Source: Dysgonamonadaceae bacterium
GTDB lineage: Bacteria; Bacteroidota; Bacteroidia; Bacteroidales; Dysgonomonadaceae
Assembly (NCBI GenBank): GCA_035271465.1
Contig: DATERO010000280.1
Coordinates: forward strand, 1-41,138
Length of the DNA: 41,138 nt
Direction: 5' to 3'
Shown one piece after another: positions 1 to 9,659 of the stretch. The position numbers were made by a program, and so were the translations under genes. Under the pieces are notes generated by a model. That model searched no databases. It was given only the letters and a program-made list of their open reading frames with translations, and was not told where the DNA came from. Each line of letters begins with the position of its first letter. The stretch's first letter is position 1.

Positions 1-273
1 AAATCAAAACACTTTGAAGTGGCTCTTTCTTCCCGAATCGTAAACTTAATGTACAACAACATAAAAGGCGATTTAATTTTTGGTGGAGAAAATCAAATAG
101 AATACTTAGAAGAGAACAAATCAAACTTCCTGATAGAACCAGCTATAACCCTTAGAGGTGGATTAGAGAATATAAAGCTTCAACTTCAATATGGCTATAG
201 CTTTAACTTATCCAACAAGGATTTCAGACAGGACAACTCACTATTCACGTTGGGAATAAGTTATAAATTTTAA
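1..273 (+). CDS. C-terminal fragment of an outer-membrane beta-barrel protein (5' end lies outside the window)
   Basis: The frame is open from base 1, so the track's M at 19 is an internal GTG. Alternating beta-strand-like pattern, ending ...LGISYKF with a terminal Phe typical of OMP barrels. A hairpin terminator follows. Confidence 0.5.
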   Translation, partial: KSKHFEVALSSRIVNLMYNNIKGDLIFGGENQIEYLEENKSNFLIEPAITLRGGLENIKLQLQYGYSFNLSNKDFRQDNSLFTLGISYKF

Positions 274-304
274 ACTGAGCATTTCATACTATCTTATTTG
301 CATT

Positions 305-346
305 AATTACCTGAGTTCGTGTTGATTCGAGCTCAGGTAATTTATT
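305..346 (+). terminator. Rho-independent terminator
   Basis: Stem aattacctgag(ttcg)/(cga)gctcaggtaatt with one mismatch, followed by tttatt. Confidence 0.6.
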
Positions 347-624
347 ATAAATATCTTTGCACCACTAACATTCATTTGATAATGCATCAATTGAATAGCA
401 TCAACATAATGCTAAAATCAAGACATGAGCAAGAGTACACATTTTAGCAGACACTATTATTCATTTTACTACTTAGAAAGCATTAAGAAAAGACAAATAC
501 TTAAAAACATCTACATAGAATAATGCAACAGGCCTGAACGTAATCAAACTCTAGGAAACCATTATAAATTAACACATATAACTTTCTTAATGATTTATTA
601 TAGTGCGTATTTTTAAGGTTTTTG

Positions 625-632
625 TATGTTTG
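625..632 (+). promoter_or_regulatory. Bacteroidota-type -7 promoter box
   Basis: TATGTTTG matches TAnnTTTG and lies 46 nt upstream of ATG 678. Confidence 0.4.
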
Positions 633-677
633 CAAATTGTCAAAAAAATAAAAACTAATAAATTTACAATTTAAGCA

Positions 678-2302
678 ATGAATTTAAAGAAGGAGAAAGA
701 AAAACTTTACTCACGAAACTTCACAAAATTTGGGTTCGACATGAATGTGTTTGTATCTGTAGTTACAGCACTTTTAGTCCTTGCATTTAGTGTTTTCACC
801 ATTTAAAACCTAACGTATCCGCAGAGTTTTTTGGCGGTGTCAATTCTGCAATCAATAAAAACTTCAACTGGCTCTACATACTCACAGCAAATGCTTCAAT
901 AGCATTTCTACTTTTTATTGGATTTTCGAAATTTGGGAATATCAGATTGGGTGGTTACACAGCCAAGCCTGAATTTAAAGATGTGTCATGGTTTGCCATG
1001 ATGTTTAGTGCAGGTATAGGTATAGGTATATTCTTTTACGGAGTTGCAGAACCTCTATATCACTTAAGAATTCCATCTGGACTTCAAAGTGGTTCTGCAT
1101 TTGATAATTTTAAAGTAATGTATCTCCACTACGGTGTGCATGCTTGGGCAATCTACATTATATTTGCTATCGGTCTAGGGTACTTTAGCTATAATAAAGG
1201 ACTTCCTTTTGCTATTCGCAGTCTGTTTTTCCCTCTTCTAAAAGAAAAGATATATGGCTTTTGGGGCAATATTATAGATACAGTAGCTGCGTTAGCTGTA
1301 CTTTTCGGATTGGCTGTTTCACTTGGTCTTGGGGCGTTGCAAATTAATGCAGGACTCAACTTTGTGTTTGGTATTCCAAATGCGTCCAATGTACAGGTTA
1401 TGATTATTATATTCATTACTATTATTGCAACCTTCTCGGTTGTTAGTGGTGTAAACAAAGGAATAAGATGGCTAAGCGAAGCCAACATGGCAATAACTAC
1501 TATCTTTTTGATAGCGGTAACGCTTATTGGTCCAACTGTTTATATTTTCTCTACCTACATTTCAAGTATGGGTATCTATATTCGGGATATTTTCAGTTCA
1601 GGATTATTTATTGCTACAGAACCTAGTGATGTGACTTGGCAAGGAGCATGGACAATATTCTACTTAGCTTGGTGGGTTTCATGGGCTCCTTTTGTTGGCA
1701 CATTTATCGCACGTATTTCAAAAGGAAGGACCATTCGTCAATTAGCACTGGGTGGATTAGCCATACCTACTCTTGTTGTAACTTTTTCTATGACAATATT
1801 GGGTGCATCGGGTGTTTTTCTCAATAATCTACACGAGGGAGCTATTGCAAAAGCAATAGAAAGCAATATCGCTATATCATTATTTGAAATGTTTACTTAT
1901 CTCACCAGTTCAGGAGTATTGCAAATGGCTTTGTCCATTGTGGCTGTGCTTGCTGTAATGATATTCTTTGTTACCAGTAGCGACAGTGGTTCACTTGTGG
2001 TATGTAGTCTCACCAGTAGTGGACATTCTACTGTTCCAAAAAAACAAAGGGTGTTTTGGGCATTTATGGAAGGTATTATTGCTATCTCTGTTTTATTGAT
2101 TGGCGGTGAAGCTGCACTTAATACACTTCAGTCAGCTGCTATTATTTTGGGATTGCCGTTTTCTATCATCCTTTTGATAATTATATTTTCATTGGCTAAA
2201 GAGCTCCAAAGTAGCTATAAAAAATACAGCTATAATAAGAGAATTACTCTCAAAAAGCAGTTAGGCAAAATAGAAAAAAATGCTAAGTTTGAACAAGAAT
2301 GA
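678..2302 (+). pseudogene. BCCT-family (betaine/carnitine/choline) transporter with the N-terminal region split by a frameshift near 788-806
   Basis: The 947-2302 ORF carries the BCCT signature WTIFYLAWWVSWAPFVGTFIARISKGRTIRQ. Its frame is open back to 791 and encodes ...KPNVSAEFFGGVNSAINKNFNWLYILTANASIAFLLFIGFSKFGNIRLGG. ATG 678 opens a different frame (MNLKKEKEKLYSRNFTKFGFDMNVFVSVVTALLVLAFSVFTI*) that stops at 804-806. The two pieces join into a normal BCCT N-terminus if one base is added at ATT-TAAAA. Confidence 0.6.
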
Positions 2303-2350
2303 TAATATTTTAAACTTGAATATCATACATCTTTACAACTTATATAACAA

Positions 2351-2384
2351 GTGGGACTCTCTTATAGGGTTCCACTTTTATTTG
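2351..2384 (+). terminator. Rho-independent terminator after the BCCT gene
   Basis: gtgggac/gttccac stem (one G-U pair) followed by ttttattt. Confidence 0.55.
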
Positions 2385-2463
2385 CCTAAATATACTTGAA
2401 AAGCAAATGAAATAATAGAAATTCGTGAAAAAGCAAAACAATATTTAAGTTGAAGCGTTATAA

Positions 2464-2483
2464 TATTTAAGCGCGCTTAAATA
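2464..2483. promoter_or_regulatory. 20-bp perfect palindrome, candidate metalloregulator operator
   Basis: TATTTAAGCG|CGCTTAAATA ends 22 nt upstream of the ABC ATPase start at 2506. Confidence 0.4.
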
Positions 2484-2505
2484 AACTTATTAATTAGCAC
2501 AATAA

Positions 2506-3252
2506 ATGAGAGAAACATCAAAAGCATTAAGCATTGAAAACTTATCTGTCTCTTATAACGAAAACGAAGTACTTCGAAATATTTCTTTTTCTATCGACAC
2601 TGGAAAGGTGATAGGAATTTTAGGTCCAAACGGTGCTGGAAAGTCTACTTTGATAAAAGCTGTATTGGGATTGATCGATACAGATAGTGGTAAGATAGAG
2701 ATATGTGGCAAGTCACTCAATAAAATGAGGCAATCAATTGCTTATGTACCTCAACGTGCAGATATTGATTGGAACTTTCCGATAGTTGTGAAGAAGGCTG
2801 TACTGCTTGGAACATATCCTCGTCTTGGTATTTTTAAACGCCCCAAACAGAAAGATAAAGAATGGGCTAATGAGTGTCTTATAAAGGTAGGAATGCACGA
2901 ATATGCTAATAATCAAATTGGAGAGCTTTCAGGCGGTCAACAACAACGCGTGTTTCTTGCCAGAGCTATAGTTCAAAAAGCCGATTGTTACTTTCTAGAT
3001 GAACCATTTATAGGTATAGATGCAAATAGTGAAGAAATAATTATCAATATTCTGCATGAATTGCGTAAAGAGGGTAAAACAATTTTTGTGGTTCATCACG
3101 ATCTAACAAAAGTTGAAGGTTTTTTTGATGATATTATTCTGATCAATAAAAAGCTGATTGGTGTTGGCCCTGTTCATCGTGTCTTTGTACCTGAATTAGT
3201 TGCGGCTGCTTATGAAACACCATTATCAATGCTCAAAATATTAGGAGGGTAA
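2506..3252 (+). CDS. Metal (Mn/Zn/Fe) ABC transporter ATP-binding protein, ZnuC/MntB/TroB type
   Basis: Walker A GPNGAGKST, signature LSGGQQQR, Walker B CYFLDEP. It is first in a C-B-A operon with a cluster-9 permease and binding protein. Confidence 0.9.
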   Translation: MRETSKALSIENLSVSYNENEVLRNISFSIDTGKVIGILGPNGAGKSTLIKAVLGLIDTDSGKIEICGKSLNKMRQSIAYVPQRADIDWNFPIVVKKAVLLGTYPRLGIFKRPKQKDKEWANECLIKVGMHEYANNQIGELSGGQQQRVFLARAIVQKADCYFLDEPFIGIDANSEEIIINILHELRKEGKTIFVVHHDLTKVEGFFDDIILINKKLIGVGPVHRVFVPELVAAAYETPLSMLKILGG

Positions 3253-3257
3253 CAATA

Positions 3258-4112
3258 ATGGATTTTTTTCAAGACTTGTTGGTTTATGCTTTTCTTCAAA
3301 AAGCACTTCTTACTTCCGTAATAGTTGGAGTTATATGTGGAGTTATTGGTAGCTTCATTGTTTTGCGAGGAATGGCATTGATGGGCGATGCTATTTCACA
3401 TGCAATACTACCTGGTGTTGCTATATCATATATATTGGGCATTAATTACTTCTACGGAGCCGTAGTAGTGGGAGTTCTAACAGCTCTGGGTATTGGTTTA
3501 ATTAGTGAGAAAAGCCGTATTAAAAGTGATGCTGCCATTGGAATTGTGTTTTCAGCCGCTTTTGCTATTGGAATAATTCTTATCACCTCTGCACAGAGTG
3601 CAATTGATCTCACACAGATATTATTTGGCAATGTTTTGTATGTTCGAAATATTGATATGTGGTTAACAGTAATTGTTGGAATCATCCTTCTATTTATAGT
3701 TATAGTGTTTTATAAAGAATTGCTCGTTTCAAGTTTCGATGAAACCATGGCAAAAGCTTATGGATTGAAGACCCGTTTCATTCATTATGGAATAATGGTG
3801 CTTCTAACTTTGGTGACTGTTGCATCGTTGCAAACAGTAGGTGTAATATTAGTTGTCTCATTACTAATAACACCTGCATCAACAGCCTACTTGTTGACCA
3901 ATCGATTATCGACCATGATTGTGCTTGCCTCACTCTTTGGGGCACTATCATCAATAATAGGTATGTACTTTAGCTATGTGTACAACTTGCCTTCTGGACC
4001 TGTTATTGCATTAGCTGCAACTCTCATATTTTTAATTGCACTCCTTTTCTCTCCTAAACAAGGACTTTTAGTGCCACGACTGAAAAAGAGAAAAAGTTTA
4101 TCAGAAAATTAA
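3258..4112 (+). CDS. Metal ABC transporter permease, ZnuB/MntC/TroC type (ABC-3 family)
   Basis: Polytopic membrane protein with ABC-3-like motifs (LRGMALMGDAISHAILPGVA). Starts 6 nt after the ATPase stop. Confidence 0.9.
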   Translation: MDFFQDLLVYAFLQKALLTSVIVGVICGVIGSFIVLRGMALMGDAISHAILPGVAISYILGINYFYGAVVVGVLTALGIGLISEKSRIKSDAAIGIVFSAAFAIGIILITSAQSAIDLTQILFGNVLYVRNIDMWLTVIVGIILLFIVIVFYKELLVSSFDETMAKAYGLKTRFIHYGIMVLLTLVTVASLQTVGVILVVSLLITPASTAYLLTNRLSTMIVLASLFGALSSIIGMYFSYVYNLPSGPVIALAATLIFLIALLFSPKQGLLVPRLKKRKSLSEN

Positions 4113-4193
4113 ATACAAATAAGAAAACATAAAAATATACAGATTACTCTTAATAACTAAACAAAAAAATTACTCTAAGAATATTATTGTAAA

Positions 4194-5141
4194 ATGAGAA
4201 AAACATTCAAGTATTTTATTATAGCAAATATTGCACTGGTTTTATTATCTACTTGTGGAGAAGCAAGTAAAAAACCAAATACCGATTCCAATTCAGACAA
4301 ACCATTGCAAGTAGTTACAACCTTTACTATACTTCAAGATATAGCGCGAGAGATAGGAGGTAATGATGTTGACATTCACAATCTTGTACCAACTGGAACG
4401 GCTCCGCATGAGTATGAACCACTACCAATTGATATGAAAAAAACTTCAGATGCAGATATTCTGTTCTATAATGGTTTGAATTTAGAAGGAGGAAAAAGAG
4501 GTTGGTTCTTTAGAATGATTGAATCTGTTGGACAAAAAGAAGAAAATGTGTATAGTTTAACTAATCGTGTTGAACCAATGTATTTAAAGAATGTAAATGG
4601 GAAAGAAGAAGAAGAAGTTAATCCGCATGCATTTATTGATCCTGCAGTTGGTATAATTATGGCTGAAGACATGCGAGATGCATTTATCGAGAAAGATCCT
4701 TCCAGAAAAGAGAGTTATGAAGAAAGAGCCACTAAATATATAAACAGACTACGAGAGATTGACAAAGAATATAGAGAAAAAATCAACGACATTCCTAAAG
4801 AACGACGCATTTTAGTTACCAGTGAGCGAGCTTTCCAATATATGGCCAATCATTATGGACTTAAAGAGGGCTTTATTTGGTCAATAGATACTGAAGAAAA
4901 TGGTTCACCTGAACAGATTAAGGCATTAATACATTTCATAAAAGCACATGAAGTTCCAGTTCTTTTTATTGAATCAAATGTTGATATACGTCCCATGAAG
5001 ACTGTTTCGAAAGAAACTGCAGTGCCATTTTCTAAAAGACCTATTTACTCAGATGAAATTGGGAAATTAGGAGACGAAGTGGATACCTATATTAAATATC
5101 TCAAGTATAATATCAATCTAATTCACGATGAACTAAAGTAA
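4194..5141 (+). CDS. Metal ABC transporter substrate-binding lipoprotein (TroA/PsaA/ZnuA cluster-9 family)
   Basis: Lipobox LLSTC. Motifs VVTTFTILQDIAREIGG and NPHAFIDP are typical of cluster-9 binding proteins. It has an acidic loop (EEEE) rather than a His-rich one. Confidence 0.9.
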   Translation: MRKTFKYFIIANIALVLLSTCGEASKKPNTDSNSDKPLQVVTTFTILQDIAREIGGNDVDIHNLVPTGTAPHEYEPLPIDMKKTSDADILFYNGLNLEGGKRGWFFRMIESVGQKEENVYSLTNRVEPMYLKNVNGKEEEEVNPHAFIDPAVGIIMAEDMRDAFIEKDPSRKESYEERATKYINRLREIDKEYREKINDIPKERRILVTSERAFQYMANHYGLKEGFIWSIDTEENGSPEQIKALIHFIKAHEVPVLFIESNVDIRPMKTVSKETAVPFSKRPIYSDEIGKLGDEVDTYIKYLKYNINLIHDELK

Positions 5142-5226
5142 ATTAGAATTGTTAATTATTATATCAACATTTGGCTGCCATATTATACCTATTATGTATT
5201 GCAACCACTCAAATAATATGTACGTT

Positions 5227-5685
5227 ATGAATAAATTTGGTTTTTTAATTGGAATATTAGCGATTACCTTAGTGAGTTGCACCAATCAAAGTAATAAGGA
5301 GAACGATTCACAGCATGAATCAGCATTAGTAGAGAATAGTATTATCGATTCTCATACTTCGGCAATGTCATTGGATTGGGCAGGTGTTTATGAAGGAAGA
5401 TTACCCTGTGCTGACTGTGAGGGAATTGAAACAAGTATTGAGTTGAGAAGTAATTATACTTATCTTGCTCATTATAAATATTTAGGCCAATCTGTAGATG
5501 ACAATGAATTTAGTCAAGAAGGGACTTTCACTTGGGATGATATGGGATCTGTCATTACTATGGAATCCGAGAATGAAACCTCTCAATATAAAGTTGGTGA
5601 GAATCAATTAATATTATTGAATGCCGATGGAGAATTAAACACTGGTGAATTAGCTGAATTATATGTATTGAAAAAAAAGATGTAA
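5227..5685 (+). CDS. NlpE (CutF) N-terminal-domain-like lipoprotein with a CxxC motif
   Basis: Internal ATG 5227 gives MNKFGFLIGILAITLVSC (lipobox), whereas the 5149 start adds a non-signal extension. The GVYEGRLPCADCEGIETSIEL motif is characteristic of the NlpE N-terminal domain. Confidence 0.65.
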   Translation: MNKFGFLIGILAITLVSCTNQSNKENDSQHESALVENSIIDSHTSAMSLDWAGVYEGRLPCADCEGIETSIELRSNYTYLAHYKYLGQSVDDNEFSQEGTFTWDDMGSVITMESENETSQYKVGENQLILLNADGELNTGELAELYVLKKKM

Positions 5686-5740
5686 ACGTGGTATATTTTT
5701 AAGACTCTTCGATAAGCTTAGAATCATTCGTTTAAAAAAA

Positions 5741-5777
5741 GGGCAGGAACATTTTGTTTCTGTCCTTTCGTTTTTTT
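5741..5777 (+). terminator. Rho-independent terminator closing the metal-uptake operon
   Basis: gggcaggaac/gtttctgtcc pair fully (with G-U pairs) and are followed by a T-run. Confidence 0.6.
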
Positions 5778-6008
5778 ACTATTTGATGTATCAACATATT
5801 GTGAGACTCATTCAATATTATAATAACCTTTAATGTAGTACATGGAACACTTGCAGACAAATGCAACCTTAAATAAAAACATCCATTATTTACCATGACA
5901 AAAACGAACACCCATTTCTCATGATCATAAAAGACTGATTATCAACCCTAGCTAAACTTTTAACAAAAATAATTCCACGAGAAGACATCATTCAATAAAT
6001 TTAATTTG

Positions 6009-6016
6009 TATATTTG
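6009..6016 (+). promoter_or_regulatory. Bacteroidota-type -7 promoter box upstream of nrdJ
   Basis: TATATTTG matches TAnnTTTG and lies 171 nt upstream of ATG 6187. Confidence 0.35.
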
Positions 6017-6186
6017 AAAAATAAATGTCGATAAACACTTTGTGTTTTCAAACATACAAATGTCAAGACCTTTGATATCATATACATAGCAATAATTACT
6101 TAATAACAACTTGATAATTCTAAACGAATTGGAATTTATCACAATAAATACAACAAATCATTTTAAACCTGTAACGAATTACGTCA

Positions 6187-8727
6187 ATGAAAAAGAAGAG
6201 GATTTACACTTTTAATGAAGCCTTTAAAGCTTCTCATGCTTATTTTAAATGGGATGAGCTTGCAGCTAAAGTATGGGTGAGCAAATATGCACTCAAAGAT
6301 AGTGATGGAAACATATACGAAGAAACGCCCAGAGATATGCACTGGCGTTTGGCAAAGGAGATAGCAAGGATAGAAGAAAAGTATCCAAACCCAATCGGAG
6401 AGGAAGATTTATTCTATCTTTTTAATAAATTCGAATATATTATTCCACAGGGTAGTCCCATGACTGGTATCGGCAATGACTTTCAAGTAGCTTCACTTTC
6501 AAATTGTTTTGTTGTAGGAATGGAAGGTGATGCTGATTCATATGGTGCTATAATTCGTATTGATGAGGAACAAGTCCAGCTAATGAAGCGTAGAGGTGGT
6601 GTTGGACACGACCTATCTCATATCCGCCCAAAAGGCTCTGCAGTTAAGAATTCTGCTCTCACTTCAACAGGATTGGTACCTTTTATGGAACGTTATTCAA
6701 ACTCGACACGTGAAGTTGCTCAAGATGGTCGTCGTGGCGCACTGATGCTTACAGTTTCCATCAAACATCCCGATTCGGAAGACTTTATCGATGCAAAAAT
6801 GGAGCAGGGTAAAGTGACAGGTGCGAATGTTTCGGTCAAGATAGATGACGCATTCATGAAAGCCGTTGCAAGTGATAGTAAATATACACAACAATATCCA
6901 ATTGACTCAAAAGAGCCCAAGTACAAGAAAGAGATAAATGCAAAAGATTTGTGGTCAAAAATTGTACATAATGCATGGAGCTCTGCAGAACCAGGTGTAT
7001 TGTTTTGGGATACTATTATCAATGAGTCTGTACCCGATTGCTATGCTGACTTAGGCTTCAACACAGTTTCTACAAACCCTTGCGGTGAAATTCCTTTGTG
7101 TCCTTATGATAGCTGTCGTTTATTAGCTGTAAACCTCTATTCGTATGTTGTAAATCCATTTACCAAGGAGGCTTATTTTGATTTTGATTTATTTGAAAAA
7201 CATATCATGATAGCTCAACGAGTAATGGATGATATTATTGACTTGGAAGCTGAAAAAATTGATGTAATTCTCGACAAGATTAATCAAGATCCAGAAACTG
7301 AAGAGGTAAAAAGTACTGAGCGTCACCTGTGGGAGAAAATAAAGAAAAAAACACTCCAAGGACGTAGAACAGGTCTTGGAATTACAGCCGAAGGAGATAT
7401 GTTGGCTGCAATGGGATTAAGATATGGCACAGAGAAAGCAACTGATTTCTCAGAGTTAGTTCACAAACGATTAGCATTGAATGCATATGCTGCATCAGTT
7501 GAATTGGCTAAAGAGAGAGGAAAATTTGAATTGTTTGATGCTGAGAGAGAAAAAAACAATCCATTTATAAATAGATTAAAAGAGGCCAATCAGTCACTTT
7601 ATGATGATATGGTGAAGTATGGTCGTCGAAATATCGCATGTCTCACAATTGCTCCAACAGGCACAACAAGCTTAATGGCGCAAACTACATCAGGCATTGA
7701 GCCCATTTTCATGCCTATGTATAAGCGTCGTCGTAAAGTAAATCCTAATGATGCGAAAACCAGAATTGATTTCGTTGATGAAAATGGAGATTCGTGGGAA
7801 GAGTTTGTTGTTTATCATCATAAATTTGAAACTTGGATGGAAGCTAATGGTCATTCAGTACACAAAGAATATACACCTGAACAATTGGATTTACTGGTGC
7901 AAAAGTCTCCTTATTATAAAGCGACGGCAAATGATGTTGATTGGCTACAAAAAGTAAAGATGCAAGGACGTATTCAGAAATGGGTAGATCATTCGATTAG
8001 TGTAACTATTAATTTGCCGAGCGATGCTACAGAAGAGCTTGTAGGGAATCTATACTTAGAAGCATGGAAGAGTGGTTGCAAAGGCTGTACTGTGTATCGT
8101 GATGGTTCACGCTCAGGAGTATTAATTGCCAATGATAAGAAAAAAGAAAAAGAAGAGCCATGTTTTGAGCTACCTAAATTGGTAACTTCTCGCCCTATTG
8201 AACTTCCCGCAGATGTAATTCGTTTTCAGAACAATAAAGAAAAGTGGATTGCGGTAATTGGGTTGTTAAATAATAGACCATACGAAATATTTACGGGTAT
8301 TGCAGATGAAGATGATGGCCTTCTTTTACCAAAGAAGGTGACAAGTGGCACTGTAATAAAATCGTATGATGAAAAAGGTGAGAAACGTTATGACTTTCAA
8401 TTTAGAAACCGTAGAGGATACAAAATTACAATTGAAGGATTGGATGGCATGTTTAATCCAGAGTTCTGGAATTATGCAAAGCTTATATCAGGAGTACTTC
8501 GATATGGAATGCCTATTGATCAAGTTTTAAAACTTGTTTCAGGACTAGAGTTGGATAATGAAACTATTAATACCTGGAAAAACGGTGTTGAACGTTCATT
8601 AAAAAACTATTTACCGAATGATACCGAAATGAAAGGCGAGAAATGTCCGGTTTGTAATTTAGAAACTCTTACATATCAAGAAGGTTGTTTGACGTGTCGC
8701 AATTGTGGAGCTTCAAAATGTGGATAA
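6187..8727 (+). CDS. nrdJ: Class II (adenosylcobalamin-dependent) ribonucleotide reductase
   Basis: Active-site motif STNPCGEIPL, no ATP-cone, and a C-terminal Cys cluster CPVCN...CLTCRNCG typical of class II RNR tails. Confidence 0.9.
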   Translation: MKKKRIYTFNEAFKASHAYFKWDELAAKVWVSKYALKDSDGNIYEETPRDMHWRLAKEIARIEEKYPNPIGEEDLFYLFNKFEYIIPQGSPMTGIGNDFQVASLSNCFVVGMEGDADSYGAIIRIDEEQVQLMKRRGGVGHDLSHIRPKGSAVKNSALTSTGLVPFMERYSNSTREVAQDGRRGALMLTVSIKHPDSEDFIDAKMEQGKVTGANVSVKIDDAFMKAVASDSKYTQQYPIDSKEPKYKKEINAKDLWSKIVHNAWSSAEPGVLFWDTIINESVPDCYADLGFNTVSTNPCGEIPLCPYDSCRLLAVNLYSYVVNPFTKEAYFDFDLFEKHIMIAQRVMDDIIDLEAEKIDVILDKINQDPETEEVKSTERHLWEKIKKKTLQGRRTGLGITAEGDMLAAMGLRYGTEKATDFSELVHKRLALNAYAASVELAKERGKFELFDAEREKNNPFINRLKEANQSLYDDMVKYGRRNIACLTIAPTGTTSLMAQTTSGIEPIFMPMYKRRRKVNPNDAKTRIDFVDENGDSWEEFVVYHHKFETWMEANGHSVHKEYTPEQLDLLVQKSPYYKATANDVDWLQKVKMQGRIQKWVDHSISVTINLPSDATEELVGNLYLEAWKSGCKGCTVYRDGSRSGVLIANDKKKEKEEPCFELPKLVTSRPIELPADVIRFQNNKEKWIAVIGLLNNRPYEIFTGIADEDDGLLLPKKVTSGTVIKSYDEKGEKRYDFQFRNRRGYKITIEGLDGMFNPEFWNYAKLISGVLRYGMPIDQVLKLVSGLELDNETINTWKNGVERSLKNYLPNDTEMKGEKCPVCNLETLTYQEGCLTCRNCGASKCG

Positions 8728-8825
8728 TAACTCAGTTTAAATTTACATTTATAAATCAAACAACTTATAGACTCCGAAAACAACTCAAACAAACATAAAG
8801 AAGTATTTATAAGTGTAACCAGTAT

Positions 8826-8872
8826 AGAAAAGCAATTTCCAAATAAAACAGGACGTTGCTTTTCTTGTTTTT
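8826..8872 (+). terminator. Rho-independent terminator after nrdJ
   Basis: agaaaagcaa/ttgcttttct stem followed by tgttttt. Confidence 0.6.
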
Positions 8873-8929
8873 ATGTTACAATTGTTCTAATAATCTTTTT
8901 TCTGCTTAAATCATTGTATTTTTGTATTT

Positions 8930-9547
8930 ATGGATGATAGTTATAAAACCATAGAGCATAAAGCAGAGGGATACATTACAGAACGGAAGAGTAAATTTAT
9001 TTCATACATACTCCCAGTTAACACTGAAGAAGAAGTGAAAGAGATTCTTGAAGAGTATCGAAGAAAGCACTATAATGCACGTCATATTTGTTGGGCATAT
9101 ATGCTAGGACACTCACGTGAGGACTTTCGTTCTAATGATGACGGAGAACCTTCTGGCACAGCTGGTCGGCCTATATTGGGACAAATCAATTCCCACGAAC
9201 TCACGAATGTATTAGTATTAGTTGTTAGATATTTTGGGGGAACATTGCTGGGCACAGGTGGATTAGTGCGAGCTTATAAAGAAGCAACTGTTGCTGCTAT
9301 TGAAAATGCAGCAATTGTTGAAAAAACAATAGATAATACATTTGCAATTAAATTTGAGTATCCTTTACTAAATGAAGTGATGCGAATTTTGAACCAATTT
9401 GATGAAGCGAAATGGACACAAAACTTCACAGAAACGTGTGAATTGGAGATTTCAATTCGTCAAACACAATATAAAGAGCTTGCTAAAAAGTTGTCCTCAA
9501 TCTATGGAGTCAATGTGATTAACTTAGATAATCAAGCAGCAGAATAA
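8930..9547 (+). CDS. yigZ: IMPACT/YigZ family protein (UPF0029)
   Basis: Motifs HICWAY and DDGEPSGTAGRPIL are hallmarks of the YigZ/IMPACT N-terminal domain. The -7 box TATTTTTG at 8917-8924 ends only 5 nt before the ATG, which suggests a near-leaderless transcript. Confidence 0.85.
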   Translation: MDDSYKTIEHKAEGYITERKSKFISYILPVNTEEEVKEILEEYRRKHYNARHICWAYMLGHSREDFRSNDDGEPSGTAGRPILGQINSHELTNVLVLVVRYFGGTLLGTGGLVRAYKEATVAAIENAAIVEKTIDNTFAIKFEYPLLNEVMRILNQFDEAKWTQNFTETCELEISIRQTQYKELAKKLSSIYGVNVINLDNQAAE

Positions 9548-9600
9548 TTTCATTTAACAACTAATTAACCCAATTAGTCGCAATAGTAATACAAAATTTG

Positions 9601-9608
9601 TACTTTTG
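9601..9608 (+). promoter_or_regulatory. Bacteroidota-type -7 promoter box for topA
   Basis: TACTTTTG matches TAnnTTTG. It overlaps the track's TTG start at 9606, which argues for ATG 9660 as the true start. Confidence 0.4.
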
Positions 9609-9659
9609 CCACCTGAAATATTTCATTACAACCCGTTTAGGATTAAAGAAAGGAAGTTC

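Noticed and set aside
5149-5226. Upstream start for the NlpE-like gene
   Set aside because: The extension (MLIIISTFGCHIIPIMYCNHSNNMYV) would bury the lipoprotein signal peptide that begins at ATG 5227.
6033-6047. NrdR box interpretation of the nrdJ upstream palindrome
   Set aside because: The spacing between ACAC and GTGT is 3 nt rather than the roughly 8 nt of the NrdR dyad as I recall it, and no tandem second box lies at a helical-turn distance. I kept it only as an unassigned operator candidate.
5960-6142. 60-aa minus-strand ORF in the nrdJ upstream region
   Set aside because: It is an AT-rich intergenic sequence with implausible composition, and it overlaps the predicted nrdJ promoter and leader.
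9606-9659. Upstream TTG start for topA
   Set aside because: The TTG overlaps the -7 promoter box TACTTTTG, and the added 18 residues precede the conserved Toprim start MHKNLVIVESPAKA.
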